Source: Balanoglossus misakiensis (taxonomy: Eukaryota; Animalia; Hemichordata). Taken from it: 64,000 nucleotides of DNA. Each line of letters begins with the position of its first letter. The first letter of the stretch is position 1. Positions 63,191 to 64,000 of the stretch are shown here, piece after piece. The position numbers and the translations under genes were made by a program. The stretch lies in contig CM082598.2 in assembly GCA_040954595.2 (NCBI GenBank), forward strand, positions 3,654,565 through 3,718,564, written 5' to 3'. The notes beneath the pieces were generated by a model. That model saw nothing but the letters and a program-made list of their open reading frames with translations. It searched no databases and was not told the DNA's origin.

Positions 63191-63378
63191 ATTACAGTGT
63201 TAAAAGTTTGCTGTGAAATACTGTTATTCTATACTGTCTACTCGCTGTATGTGTCTGGTTTAGTTTAGGCCCTAGTAATTTATGAATTACGGTGTTAAAA
63301 GTTTGCTGTGAAATACAGTTATTCTATACTGTCTACTCGCTTTGTGTGTCTGGTTTAGATTCTAGTAATTAATGAATC
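63191..63378. repeat. 95-bp tandem duplication
   Basis: GTGTTAAAAGTTTGCTGTGAAATAC...TGTCTGGTTTAG at 63197 and 63292. Confidence 0.9.
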
Positions 63379-64000
63379 TGTATAGTTTTCAACAATCAGG
63401 GGGACGGAATTGTTTGAAAAACTCGCGGGCGTGGACGGGCGGGCGGACGGTCAGCTCAGGAGAACGGGGACTTAGTCAGAATGCACCGGTGGTTGTTGGA
63501 GGGGTGCAGTGGTTCAAAGTTGCCGGTCAGAATGGTTTTGTTGTGAGCGGTTGTTTTTTGTCGGCCGCCGGGCGCCGGCTTCTCTCAAAACCGCTCACGC
63601 CTCTCGCGGAATACGTCACCACGAAGTTGTTGAAACAAGTTGTTAACAAAACGCTCGGTGGGCGACTTGAGTATCGTATCGAGGTGTTGTAACAAACACT
63701 CGACTGTTTGCCAGCGAAACGCAGGCCGGGACTATAAACACCGTTTGTCAGTACACCTTCTTCGGAAGGGCAGAAATATTTCGAGTGGCGGGGAAATGGC
63801 ACCCGGGGGGAAGAGGGCTCCGCCAATTGTCACGCGGTGAATTGTGCAATATCACACTTTCAACGGCCCTTTTAGTCGTTGATAGGTAATAGCTCCTCAA
63901 CCCATTGTTCCCGAAACATGTATTAAGGTGGATTCATTTATTTGCAAATGTCGCGGGGAGAAAATGGAGTGCTTTGGTGTACACAGCGGTCCCAATTGTG

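Overview
Intron-rich, AT-rich animal genomic DNA with GT-AG introns, microsatellites and MITEs. Gene content and exon structure suggest an invertebrate deuterostome, possibly a hemichordate or echinoderm (inference only). Five protein-coding genes can be read. (1) Coding exon 1 of a KCNQ1-type K+ channel (- strand); positions 1-16790 appear to be its first intron. (2) A complete MDM2/MDM4-family gene (- strand, ~41.2-25.1 kb) with exon sizes matching vertebrate MDM2. It has two candidate first exons, two mutually incompatible second exons (one poly-Arg) and several p53 response elements, one of them a perfect 20-mer. (3) A single-coding-exon class A GPCR (-). (4) A small FAM167/LURAP-like coiled-coil gene (+). 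(5) A divergent calmodulin-like gene with an N-terminal extension (-). Repeats include an 85-bp TTAA/piggyBac-type MITE family, Kolobok-like MITEs, a tRNA-derived SINE with a nested DNA element, and decayed hammerhead-ribozyme motifs. All exon models were derived by eye from splice signals and reading-frame phase, without transcript data.
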